Source: Candidatus Tharpella sp. (GTDB taxonomy: Bacteria; Desulfobacterota; Anaeroferrophillalia; Anaeroferrophillales; Tharpellaceae). From it: DNA of 62,858 bases. The position numbers were made by a program, and so were the translations under genes. Shown one piece after another: positions 55,202 through 62,858 of the stretch (the first letter of the stretch is position 1; each line of letters starts with the position of its first letter). A model generated the notes under the pieces. It was not told the DNA's origin, ran no database searches, and saw only the letters and a list, made by a program, of their open reading frames with translations. The DNA lies in NCBI GenBank assembly GCA_021161425.1, contig JAGHAQ010000093.1, forward strand, positions 1 through 62,858. The letters run 5' to 3'.

Positions 55202-56239
55202 ATGACCAGACTGTCCAGCAGCATCAAAAAGATCGCGTCCTTAATTACCCTGGCCGGCATCCTGTTAAGCTTGGCTCCCGTAGCCGAAGCCGGAACTCTC
55301 ACCTTAAATTACGCCAACTTTCCCCCGGCCCCGACCTTTCCCTGTGTCCAGATGGAGCGCTGGGCCAAAGAGGTAGAGAAACGCAGCCACGGCCAAGTCA
55401 AAATCATGACCTTCCCCGGCGGCACCCTGCTCGGTGCCAAAAACATGCTCGACGGAGTCAAAAAAGGGCTCGCCGATATCGGCTGCTTCTGCCCACCTTA
55501 TCTGCCGGGCCGTTTTCCCTTAATGGAGGGAGCCGATCTACCAGTCGGATTTACCAGCGCTGCGGTCGCCAGTGCCACCCTCTGGGATCTCTATGAAAAA
55601 TACCAGCCGGAGAGCCTCGAAGGAGTCAAAGTCTTGACCATGTTCACCTGCGCCCCGGCCAACCTGATGCTCAAAACTTCCGGGGCGAGCCTTGAGGAAC
55701 TTAAAGGAATGGAGATCCGGGGAACCGGCATCTCTGGCCGCTACCTTGAAGCGATGGGATCCGTGCCGGTAGCCATGCCGATGTCCGCCGCCCCGGAAGC
55801 CCTGCAAAAAGGGGTCGTCAAAGGCATTTTTTCCTCACTCGAAATCATGAAAGATTTTAAATTCGCCGAGCTCTGCGGCCATGTCACGATTGTCAATGGT
55901 CCAACAACCTCATTTGCAGTCGTCATGAACCTAAAGAAATGGCAGGCATTAAGTCCTGAGCTACAAAAGGTCTTCACTAACCTGGGCCGCGAACAGGCGC
56001 TCTGGACCGGCAACTACGAGGATGATCATGTCAAAGAAGCCCTAACCTGGTCGGAGAATACCCACCAAGTCAAGATCAAAACCATGACGCCGGCAGAAAA
56101 AAGCGTTATTACGGAAAAGGTACGCTTCATGACCGATGCCTACCTCAACAAGACTGCCAAGGCCGGACTGCCCGGCAAAGAATTTCTCGAAGATCTCCAA
56201 ACCTTTAGGGTCAATTACGAAAAAGAGTTCGGGAAATAA
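55202..56239 (+). CDS. dctP: TRAP transporter substrate-binding protein (DctP family)
   Basis: Signal peptide (...LSLAPVAEA) and a DctP-type fold of the expected length. Immediately followed by dctQ and dctM. ATG at 55202 (the ORF-track start at 55178 is TTG). Confidence 0.88.
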   Translation: MTRLSSSIKKIASLITLAGILLSLAPVAEAGTLTLNYANFPPAPTFPCVQMERWAKEVEKRSHGQVKIMTFPGGTLLGAKNMLDGVKKGLADIGCFCPPYLPGRFPLMEGADLPVGFTSAAVASATLWDLYEKYQPESLEGVKVLTMFTCAPANLMLKTSGASLEELKGMEIRGTGISGRYLEAMGSVPVAMPMSAAPEALQKGVVKGIFSSLEIMKDFKFAELCGHVTIVNGPTTSFAVVMNLKKWQALSPELQKVFTNLGREQALWTGNYEDDHVKEALTWSENTHQVKIKTMTPAEKSVITEKVRFMTDAYLNKTAKAGLPGKEFLEDLQTFRVNYEKEFGK

Positions 56240-56269
56240 TTAATACATCTTTCACCACGAAGACCCGAA

Positions 56270-56303
56270 GGCTGTCTTGAAATTAGAATTTTTCAAGACA
56301 GCC
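56270..56303 (+). promoter_or_regulatory. Perfect 13-bp stem-loop between dctP and dctQ
   Basis: GGCTGTCTTGAAA-ttagaatt-TTTCAAGACAGCC with no U-run. Flanked by the direct repeat CGAAGACC (56258-56265 and 56304-56311). Confidence 0.6.
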
Positions 56304-56346
56304 CGAAGACCACCTGCCTGGTTTCGGCTATGCCGGGATAGAAAAA

Positions 56347-56853
56347 ATGAAAAACGATAACTTTCGTAGTTTTCTAATCAAGTTTCAGCAATTCAAACTA
56401 CTCTTGGCCGGAATTTCACTATTGCTGATGGTTGCCATCGGCTTTGCCAACGTTGTTTGTCGCAATTTCTGGCAGCCCTTAAAGGGTTCTTTTGAGATAA
56501 TCGGCTATCTTGGGGCCATCACCATCGCGCTCTCTTTGGGCAGCGCGCAACTCGAAAAAAAACATATTATTGTTGATATCATCACACGCAAATACACTCC
56601 CGAATGGCGCCGGATGACCGCCACAATCGGCCATTTCTGCGGAGCTTTCTTCTTCAGCCTGGCCGCCTGGCAGACCTGGGCCTGGGGGGATACTATCCGC
56701 CAGGCCGGCGAAACTTCGGAAACCCTGCATCTTGCATTCTATCCCTTTATCTACCTGACCGCTTTCGGTTTCGCCTATCTCGCCCTGGTACTGGTTTCAG
56801 ATCTTGGTTTAAGCCTCAAAAAACTTCCAACCAACCCGACAGAACGATCATGA
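56347..56853 (+). CDS. dctQ: TRAP transporter small permease (DctQ)
   Basis: 168 aa with four TM segments. Located between dctP and dctM. Confidence 0.88.
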   Translation: MKNDNFRSFLIKFQQFKLLLAGISLLLMVAIGFANVVCRNFWQPLKGSFEIIGYLGAITIALSLGSAQLEKKHIIVDIITRKYTPEWRRMTATIGHFCGAFFFSLAAWQTWAWGDTIRQAGETSETLHLAFYPFIYLTAFGFAYLALVLVSDLGLSLKKLPTNPTERS

Positions 56854-58154
56854 GCCCAGAGATCATCGGTATTGTCGGTCTCATTTCAATGATGGCAGCC
56901 ATGCTGCTGCTCCAGATTCCGGTCGGCTTTGCTATGGGCCTCACCGGTTTTGCCGGGGTCGCCTGGCTGATCTCTTTGGATGCCGCTCTGGCCCTGATCG
57001 GCAATGACCTCTGGACGACCTTCTCATCCTACGGACTGACCATTATCCCCCTCTTTATCTTTATGGGCCATATCTGTTTTCACAGTAATGTCAACAGCCG
57101 ACTCTACAGTTGTGCCTATGCTTGGCTGGGGGCGACCCGCGGCGGTTTGGCGATGGCGACGGTCGCTGCCTGTGCCGGTTTTTCCGCGATCAGCGGCTCC
57201 AACACAGCCACCGCCGCCACCATGACCTCAGTGGCCCTACCTTCAATGCGAAAATATGGCTACCACCCAATCCTGATTACCGGTTCAATCGCAGCCGGAT
57301 CAACCCTGGGTGTTGTCATTCCGCCCAGTATTGTCCTGGTTGTGTACGGTATCTACACCGGACAATCGATCGCCAAGCTTTTTTTCGGCAGTATCATCCC
57401 CGGCATGATACTCGCAACCTTGCTGATCCTAACCATAATTGTCATCTGTCGCCGCCACCCCGACTGGGGCCCGCCGGGCGAGAAAACCAGCCTTAAAGAA
57501 AAAATCTTTTCGCTCAAAGGCTCTTTCGAGATGCTACTCCTCTTCGGCCTGGTCATGGGTGGGCTCTTTGTCGGCTTCTTCACACCCAGTGAGGCCGGAG
57601 CCGTGGGCTCGTTCTGCGCCCTGTTTCTAAGCTTTTTTCGTCGCTCTCTCACCTATGAAAAGTTCGTTGCAGCCATCAATGACACCTTGAAAATTTCGAG
57701 CTTCATCATCATTATTATCGCCGGAGCGGTCATCTTCGGCCGTTTTCTGGCTTTAACCAGGTTGCCTTACGCGATTGCCGAGTGGGCCGCTGCCTTGCCG
57801 GTTGCACCGGTTTTTATCCTGTGGATCATTATCCTGGTCTTTATTGTCGGCGGCGCCATCATGGATGCCCTGGGTCTACTACTGATCACGATCCCAATTT
57901 TCTATCCGCTGGCCATAAAGCTCAACTTTGACCCGGTCTGGTTCGGAATTTTAATTACCATCGTCACAACCATGGGCGCCATCACACCACCAGTTGGCGT
58001 CAACGCCTATGTCGTCGCCGGCATTGCCGAAGATATTCCGCTGACAACCATATTCAAAGGTATCGCCTATTTTCTACCAACCTACATCATCACCATTATC
58101 CTGCTCGAAATTTTCCCGCAGCTCATTCTCTGGCCAGCCGCTTCAGTTTATTGA
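56850..58154 (+). CDS. dctM: TRAP transporter large permease (DctM)
   Basis: The ATG at 56850 overlaps the dctQ stop (ATGA). 434 aa, polytopic. The ORF-track extension from 56604 lies inside dctQ in another frame. Confidence 0.92.
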   Translation: MSPEIIGIVGLISMMAAMLLLQIPVGFAMGLTGFAGVAWLISLDAALALIGNDLWTTFSSYGLTIIPLFIFMGHICFHSNVNSRLYSCAYAWLGATRGGLAMATVAACAGFSAISGSNTATAATMTSVALPSMRKYGYHPILITGSIAAGSTLGVVIPPSIVLVVYGIYTGQSIAKLFFGSIIPGMILATLLILTIIVICRRHPDWGPPGEKTSLKEKIFSLKGSFEMLLLFGLVMGGLFVGFFTPSEAGAVGSFCALFLSFFRRSLTYEKFVAAINDTLKISSFIIIIIAGAVIFGRFLALTRLPYAIAEWAAALPVAPVFILWIIILVFIVGGAIMDALGLLLITIPIFYPLAIKLNFDPVWFGILITIVTTMGAITPPVGVNAYVVAGIAEDIPLTTIFKGIAYFLPTYIITIILLEIFPQLILWPAASVY

Positions 58155-58159
58155 TTCAG

Positions 58160-58504
58160 CTACCGCAACCAAGCTTTCAGTTCACCCTCAATTCGATCCA
58201 TCAGAACATTAACAGTCTCCAGGCTACCGGCACCTTTGGCTTCAGCTTCCATAGTTTTAAAAAGTTCCGCCAGACAAACAAATTGAGAAGCACTGAAATT
58301 ATTGAAGGTTCCTTTCAGGGCGTGAGCAAAAAAACCGATCTCCGGCATCCCGGATGCAGCAACCGCACTTCGTAATTCAGGAAGATATTCAGTCACCGCC
58401 TCACATAAAGCCTCAACAACTTCACCGCCACCCTCCTCATCAAAACCCATCGCTTCCAGATCATCGGTCAAAAGACGGATCAGAAAATCCCGATCAATTA
58501 CCAT
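58160..58504 (-). CDS. Stand-alone Hpt (histidine phosphotransfer) domain protein
   Basis: FAHALKGTFNNFSA carries the HxxKG phosphoacceptor motif in a four-helix-bundle-sized protein. The ATG at 58504 is preceded by GGGAGG. Confidence 0.8.
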   Translation of the reverse strand: MVIDRDFLIRLLTDDLEAMGFDEEGGGEVVEALCEAVTEYLPELRSAVAASGMPEIGFFAHALKGTFNNFSASQFVCLAELFKTMEAEAKGAGSLETVNVLMDRIEGELKAWLR

Positions 58505-58704
58505 GATTTCAGTTCCTCCCGTCAAACGATAAAACACCAAATTTACCAACGGCAAATTAATCATTGTCCCAAATTGTTTCTTAGTGTACAAATAGCAATC
58601 TAGGCTGAATCAACAAAACCAGCCCCAGCCGGCCAGCTCCCGAATTATAGCAAAAACAGGCATAAAAACCCAACTTTAAATTATAACTTCCGGAGATTAA
58701 AAGG

Positions 58705-59784
58705 ATGAAAAAGAACTCCATAAGCCTCTTCTTGACAACCCTGATTGGTGCTCTTCTGACCATGAACTCAATATGTTCGGCAAACAATTTTCATCGCATC
58801 TGTATTGTCCATAGTTACGGCCCCAACAATGTCAGCGCTATGCCCCAAGCCAAAGGCGTGATAAAGGCTCTGGCCGATGCCGGTTTTGTAGAGGGGGAAA
58901 ACCTGTTACTGAAACAGCTTTTCATGGACACCAAGAAACTCAACACAACCCCTTCGGCCATTGCCTACGCCGGCAAGAAGGCCCTGAAAGAGAGTAAATT
59001 ATTCAAACCAGATATTGTCATCACTCTCGACGACAACGCTGCCGAAACGGTGATGATGCCGCTCATAGACAACCCCGAGATTGCTGTTGTCTTCAGCGGC
59101 ATGAACGTCATCCCGGAAGATTACAACCGTAAATATCATTTTTTTAACACTCGGCAACAGCCTGGACACAACATTACCGGAGTCCATGAGAAACTCTATA
59201 TAGTTGAAAGCATCAAAGTCATGAAAACCATCGTGCCCGATTTACAACGTATCGGCATCATTCTCGACAATTCACCAACATGCGATGCCGTCGCAAAACA
59301 GCTGGTTCTGGAGTTGGCCGAAGCCCCATCATACATCAGCTCTGAATTAAAGCGAGTCAAAACTTTTAGTGAATATCAGATGCAAATCAGAAAATTAAAT
59401 GCCGATCCTTCAATTCAAGCCATCTACCCGGTCGCTTTAACCCTTAAAAATGACCAAAAAACCATCACGCTGGCAAAGATTTACAAATGGACACTTTTGA
59501 ACAGTCGCAAACCTGATTTTGCAGTCAACAAGGTCTTCTGTAAATTGGGACTTTTAGGGGGGGCTTCGGTCGACTTCCAGGCTATGGGATATCTGGCCGG
59601 CAAAAAGGCCGCCGCCATTCTTAAAGGAACTCCCGCCGGCAGCCTCCCGATTGAGAATGCCCCAAAATACGGCATCACCTTCAATTATGCCCGCAGCCAG
59701 ATGCTGGGCCTTAAAATACCAACAACAATAATCAATTCAGCCGAATATATTTACAAAAAGATGCACCTGCTCAAAAAACCTTGA
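58705..59784 (+). CDS. Periplasmic substrate-binding protein of the ABC_sub_bind / COG2984 type (no cognate permease or ATPase nearby)
   Basis: Signal peptide, then RICIVHSYGPNN...KGVIKALADAGFVEGENL..., typical of this family. Recognised from memory. Confidence 0.7.
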   Translation: MKKNSISLFLTTLIGALLTMNSICSANNFHRICIVHSYGPNNVSAMPQAKGVIKALADAGFVEGENLLLKQLFMDTKKLNTTPSAIAYAGKKALKESKLFKPDIVITLDDNAAETVMMPLIDNPEIAVVFSGMNVIPEDYNRKYHFFNTRQQPGHNITGVHEKLYIVESIKVMKTIVPDLQRIGIILDNSPTCDAVAKQLVLELAEAPSYISSELKRVKTFSEYQMQIRKLNADPSIQAIYPVALTLKNDQKTITLAKIYKWTLLNSRKPDFAVNKVFCKLGLLGGASVDFQAMGYLAGKKAAAILKGTPAGSLPIENAPKYGITFNYARSQMLGLKIPTTIINSAEYIYKKMHLLKKP

Positions 59785-59837
59785 CCACAACAATATGATA
59801 ACCAAGTCACTTTCCCGAATGAGTACTGTTAAACTCC

Positions 59838-62417
59838 ATGAAACTGCAACATAAAATTCACCTGGCAATCCTGGCAGTTTTCATCCCCTTGATAGCCACT
59901 ATTATAACAATCTCCATAACCCTCAGAAAGCAGGCGCAGGAGACATTTCATCAAGAGGCTGAAGGATCTGCAAATTTTGTCGACTTCATCTGTCAACAGG
60001 AGATAAAAAAACTCGCCATAACCATCAATACAGTCCTCAATGATCGCCCCCTGCAAACCAATTTTCATCTCGAGCTTAACACCCCTTTGAAACAACGCTG
60101 TCGGGAATTAAGTGAAAAATTCAACTTAACCATACTGACGTTCTTTAACAAGGACAACTCCCCGACCCATATTCATATCCTCAACAAAGACCATCCCGAC
60201 CAGGGTGACGAAGGAGGTAAAACCTCTTTTCTGCACCAACAACTTCTGGCCCCTACTTATCAGGAACCGACTCTTGCCGTTTTTTCAGAACAACTCTACC
60301 TCATCCACAAAGCCCCATTACGATTAAACCAGGAAGAGATTATCGGCTACCTCGGCATGGTCCTGCCTTTCCCTTCAGAAAGTTTTTACAATGACATCTA
60401 CTCGCTATCATCAGCGAGTCTCAAAGTGGCCTTCTGGCGCGGCCGTCAACTACTTCAAGGCAACTCTCTTCTGACCTTTTCATCTTACTACAAAAAACAT
60501 CGGCCAACCAGCAAGCAACGAAGTCTTCACCTAGAAGACGGAACCTCACTCATAGGCTTCACCTACCCACAACTGGACATCGCCGAGATCTCGAACATTG
60601 TTGATCTCGTTTGCGAAATTCTGGTCGACACCACTCCTGCAGAGGAAAACATTGACCAAATACTTTTCGCCACCATTGCCGCTTTATTGTTGGTAACTAT
60701 AATTTTTTCCGCAGCCCTCATCGGCCTCGGCCTCTATGTCATCAGACCAATAACCTTTATTACCAACGCTGCCAAACAAGTTGTAGATAAAGGGAAACTG
60801 CCGGATTACACGCCGATGAAACGCCACGATGAAATCGGCTACCTTTGGAGTGTCGGAGCCAAAATGGCAACCATCCTGCACCAGGAAAAACTTAAAGCCG
60901 AAGAGGCCAACCGTGCCAAATCGGAATTTCTCGCCAATATGAGTCATGAGATCCGTACCCCATTGAATGCCATTATGGGCTTTACGCAGATACTTCAGGG
61001 ACACCCCCTTACCCTAGAGGAGAAAAAATATTTAAGCTACATTCATGAATCCGGCGACCACCTGCTGCGGGTCATCAATGAAATCCTTGATATCGCCAAG
61101 ATTGAAAGCGGCTCCATGGTCCTCGAAAAGGTTGATTTTGACCTCAATAAGATGCTTGATGATGTCGCCGCTATCATTCGCGGGCGCATGAAACCCGAGA
61201 TCGAATATCGGCTACCGCGTATCCAGGGTCTGCCCCTGGTCTGTGGTGATGAGCTGAAGCTTAAGCAGGTGATTCTCAACCTCATCAACAATGCCAATAA
61301 ATTCACAGAGGAAGGAGTCATCGAGATCCAGGTCACAGTCACCCAGATGGACGATGACTCCATTGAACTACTCTTTTTCGTACGTGATACCGGCAAGGGC
61401 ATTCCACCTGAAAAACAGAAGCTGGTCTTTAAGAGCTTCGCCCAGGAAGACTCGTCGATCACCCGCAAATATGGCGGCACCGGCTTAGGCCTGACGATCT
61501 CCCAAAAAATCGTCGAGCTCATGGGCGGTCGGATGTGGCTTGAAAGTAAGCCCGGGAAAGGCTCCACGTTCCACTTCACCGTACGCTTTAAACGCTCAAC
61601 CAAACCGATTACCGGTACTCCGGTTACTTTTGACGACAACTCGACAATCAAAAACACCAACATCGCTGTAGTAGATGATAATCCACTCAATATCATCATC
61701 ATGGAAAAGATCTTGACTCCATACGGAGCCAGGGTTTCCAGTTTTTCAAAGGCTGAGGAATTCCTTGATCATCTCCGGGATAGCGACCACGAAACCTTCG
61801 ATCTCATTATCAGCGATATCCAGATGCCTGGAATCTCGGGAGTAAAGCTGCTCAACCTGATCCGTAAACAGGGATGTAAAGCACCGGTCATTGCCGCCTC
61901 ATCCGAAAACATCCTGAAACAAGATTTACAGGATAGCTTCAACGCTTACATCTACAAACCGATCATTAAGGATGAGCTGTTGACCGTGATCGCCAATGCC
62001 CTAACCAAATCTAAACCAGAAACTGACTTAAAAAAACAAGAAGGTGACAATCCCTATAAAAATCTGCGCATCCTGGTCGCTGAAGATAATAAACTCAATC
62101 AGATGCTGATCAAAAAGGTCTTAAAAGATTTAAAACCGGCAGTCCTAACCATTAGAGCCGACGGCAAGGCCACCCTTGATGAAGCTTTACAAAAACCTTA
62201 CGACCTGGTTTTAATGGATCTTAATATGCCGATCATGGACGGCCTGACCGCTTCTCGAGAAATTCACAAGAGCAAGCCGGATCTCCCCATCTATGCCTTG
62301 ACCGCCAACACCATGGCCGGCGACAGGGAGAGATGCCTTAACGCCGGCATGAACGGCTTCTTGCCCAAGCCCATCAACCTTGACAATCTCAAAGAAATCT
62401 TGCGACAATATGTTTGA
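59838..62417 (+). CDS. Hybrid sensor histidine kinase with periplasmic sensor domain, HAMP, HisKA, HATPase and two receiver domains
   Basis: Two TM segments bracket a periplasmic region of about 260 aa. H-box MSHEIRTPLNAIMGF, N box LINNANKFT, G boxes DTGKGI / GGTGLGL. REC1 has VVDDNP...ISDIQMP...YKP. REC2 has VAEDNK...LMDLNMP...PKP. Confidence 0.93.
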   Translation: MKLQHKIHLAILAVFIPLIATIITISITLRKQAQETFHQEAEGSANFVDFICQQEIKKLAITINTVLNDRPLQTNFHLELNTPLKQRCRELSEKFNLTILTFFNKDNSPTHIHILNKDHPDQGDEGGKTSFLHQQLLAPTYQEPTLAVFSEQLYLIHKAPLRLNQEEIIGYLGMVLPFPSESFYNDIYSLSSASLKVAFWRGRQLLQGNSLLTFSSYYKKHRPTSKQRSLHLEDGTSLIGFTYPQLDIAEISNIVDLVCEILVDTTPAEENIDQILFATIAALLLVTIIFSAALIGLGLYVIRPITFITNAAKQVVDKGKLPDYTPMKRHDEIGYLWSVGAKMATILHQEKLKAEEANRAKSEFLANMSHEIRTPLNAIMGFTQILQGHPLTLEEKKYLSYIHESGDHLLRVINEILDIAKIESGSMVLEKVDFDLNKMLDDVAAIIRGRMKPEIEYRLPRIQGLPLVCGDELKLKQVILNLINNANKFTEEGVIEIQVTVTQMDDDSIELLFFVRDTGKGIPPEKQKLVFKSFAQEDSSITRKYGGTGLGLTISQKIVELMGGRMWLESKPGKGSTFHFTVRFKRSTKPITGTPVTFDDNSTIKNTNIAVVDDNPLNIIIMEKILTPYGARVSSFSKAEEFLDHLRDSDHETFDLIISDIQMPGISGVKLLNLIRKQGCKAPVIAASSENILKQDLQDSFNAYIYKPIIKDELLTVIANALTKSKPETDLKKQEGDNPYKNLRILVAEDNKLNQMLIKKVLKDLKPAVLTIRADGKATLDEALQKPYDLVLMDLNMPIMDGLTASREIHKSKPDLPIYALTANTMAGDRERCLNAGMNGFLPKPINLDNLKEILRQYV

Positions 62418-62440
62418 GGATCAAAACTGAAAGCAAGCCT

Positions 62441-62858
62441 TTAATCTTTCAGTTTAAAACGTAAAGAACCTTCACTGATCTTGATATCATCGACCCCGGC
62501 CGCAAAAACTTTCCAGAAGCCGTTTTCTTGACCAAATTTCTCCACCAGATCAATATTTTTCAGATTGCCCAGCCAGGCATTCGGGACCGGCACACCCCAA
62601 AGGCTTATACCTTCCAGGATTGCAGTCGGTTTACCATGGCTATACCTCAATTCCAGACCGGCGCTAAGCTTGATAGTCTTACCCCCCACAACCGGCAAAT
62701 CCTTATCTAAGGATATGATCAGTCTGGCACTGGCCAAGTCATCAGAAAAATCGATAGCCAGCTTTTTGGCCAAGTCGGTATTTCTGGCCAGCAGGGCATT
62801 AACCTCTCTCTCAGTAAATGTTATTTCACGCCGGGCACCGACTTCGCTGTAAGGCTCC
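62441..62858 (-). CDS. Hypothetical protein, 5'-partial (frame open to the window edge)
   Basis: The ORF-track start at 62773 is TTG. Reading upstream in frame gives EPYSEVGARREITFTEREVNALLARNTD with no stop before position 62858. Confidence 0.6.
   Translation of the reverse strand, partial: EPYSEVGARREITFTEREVNALLARNTDLAKKLAIDFSDDLASARLIISLDKDLPVVGGKTIKLSAGLELRYSHGKPTAILEGISLWGVPVPNAWLGNLKNIDLVEKFGQENGFWKVFAAGVDDIKISEGSLRFKLKD

Noticed and set aside
56604-56849. N-terminal extension of the dctM ORF
   Set aside because: It lies inside dctQ in another frame. The ATG at 56850 overlaps the dctQ stop (ATGA) and starts the typical DctM N-terminus.
61043-61702. 219-aa ORF on the minus strand
   Set aside because: Antisense to the HisKA/HATPase region of the hybrid kinase. 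Ser/Leu-rich with no motifs.
1-62858. CRISPR arrays, rRNA, tmRNA, RNase P, SRP RNA, intact IS elements, toxin-antitoxin or defence islands
   Set aside because: I saw no regularly spaced direct repeats. I saw no conserved ncRNA signature strings (for example GAAAGTCC for RNase P). I saw no transposase-like ORFs. All longer ORFs are accounted for by the genes listed.

Overview
This 62.9 kb chromosomal window is mostly core housekeeping genes. Gene order (ilvBNC-psd-pssA / leuACD-asd, System II cytochrome c maturation beside a small multihaem cytochrome, pilMNOPQ, a Tol-Pal block) suggests a Desulfuromonadales/Geobacter-like Desulfobacterota genome. That assignment is inference only.

Content, left to right:
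- tRNA-Ser(UGA), tRNA-Ser(GCU) and tRNA-Arg(ACG).
- Minus strand: CGGC-domain protein, asd, leuD, leuC, leuA, pssA, psd, ilvC, ilvN, ilvB, argC, rpsI-rplM, bioF-bioB.
- rlmE, converging on pilD.
- Plus strand: carD-like regulator, PIN/TRAM protein, ispDF, TolA/TonB-like protein, tolB, pal, ybgF, pilMNOPQ.
- Minus strand: CsgG-like lipoprotein, secG, tpiA, pgk, gap, ccsA, resB, tetrahaem cytochrome c3, elbB, ubiE, gyrA, dapB.
- A short decayed accessory patch: a DUF2064 remnant, and a truncated large serine recombinase that runs into tRNA-Asn.
- An orphan ABC-2 permease, enoyl-CoA hydratase, frameshifted rfbA, and rfbB.
- modC, modB, a rearranged modA, and yebG.
- A small zinc-ribbon ORF missing from the ORF track, asmA, a 4-OT tautomerase, and paaK.
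- A dctPQM TRAP transporter.
- An Hpt protein, an orphan solute-binding protein, and a hybrid histidine kinase.
- A CDS that runs off the right edge.

I found no CRISPR array, rRNA, intact mobile element or recognisable defence system.

The most unusual observations:
1. modA has its two sequence segments in swapped order, in one reading frame broken by a single TAG.
2. A relic integrated element sits at tRNA-Asn, within an 8 kb stretch holding four disrupted genes.
3. A dispersed REP-like repeat family occurs three times, in both orientations.
4. A C10 tract lies just upstream of pal.
5. An ORF-free 270-nt region with its own terminator follows pilQ.
6. A second short repeat family (TCTGCGTAATCT) occurs in two spacers.

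Everything was done by eye. Start codons were adjusted where the ORF track began at TTG/GTG or carried an obvious N-terminal extension. No database searches, folding energies or GC statistics were computed.
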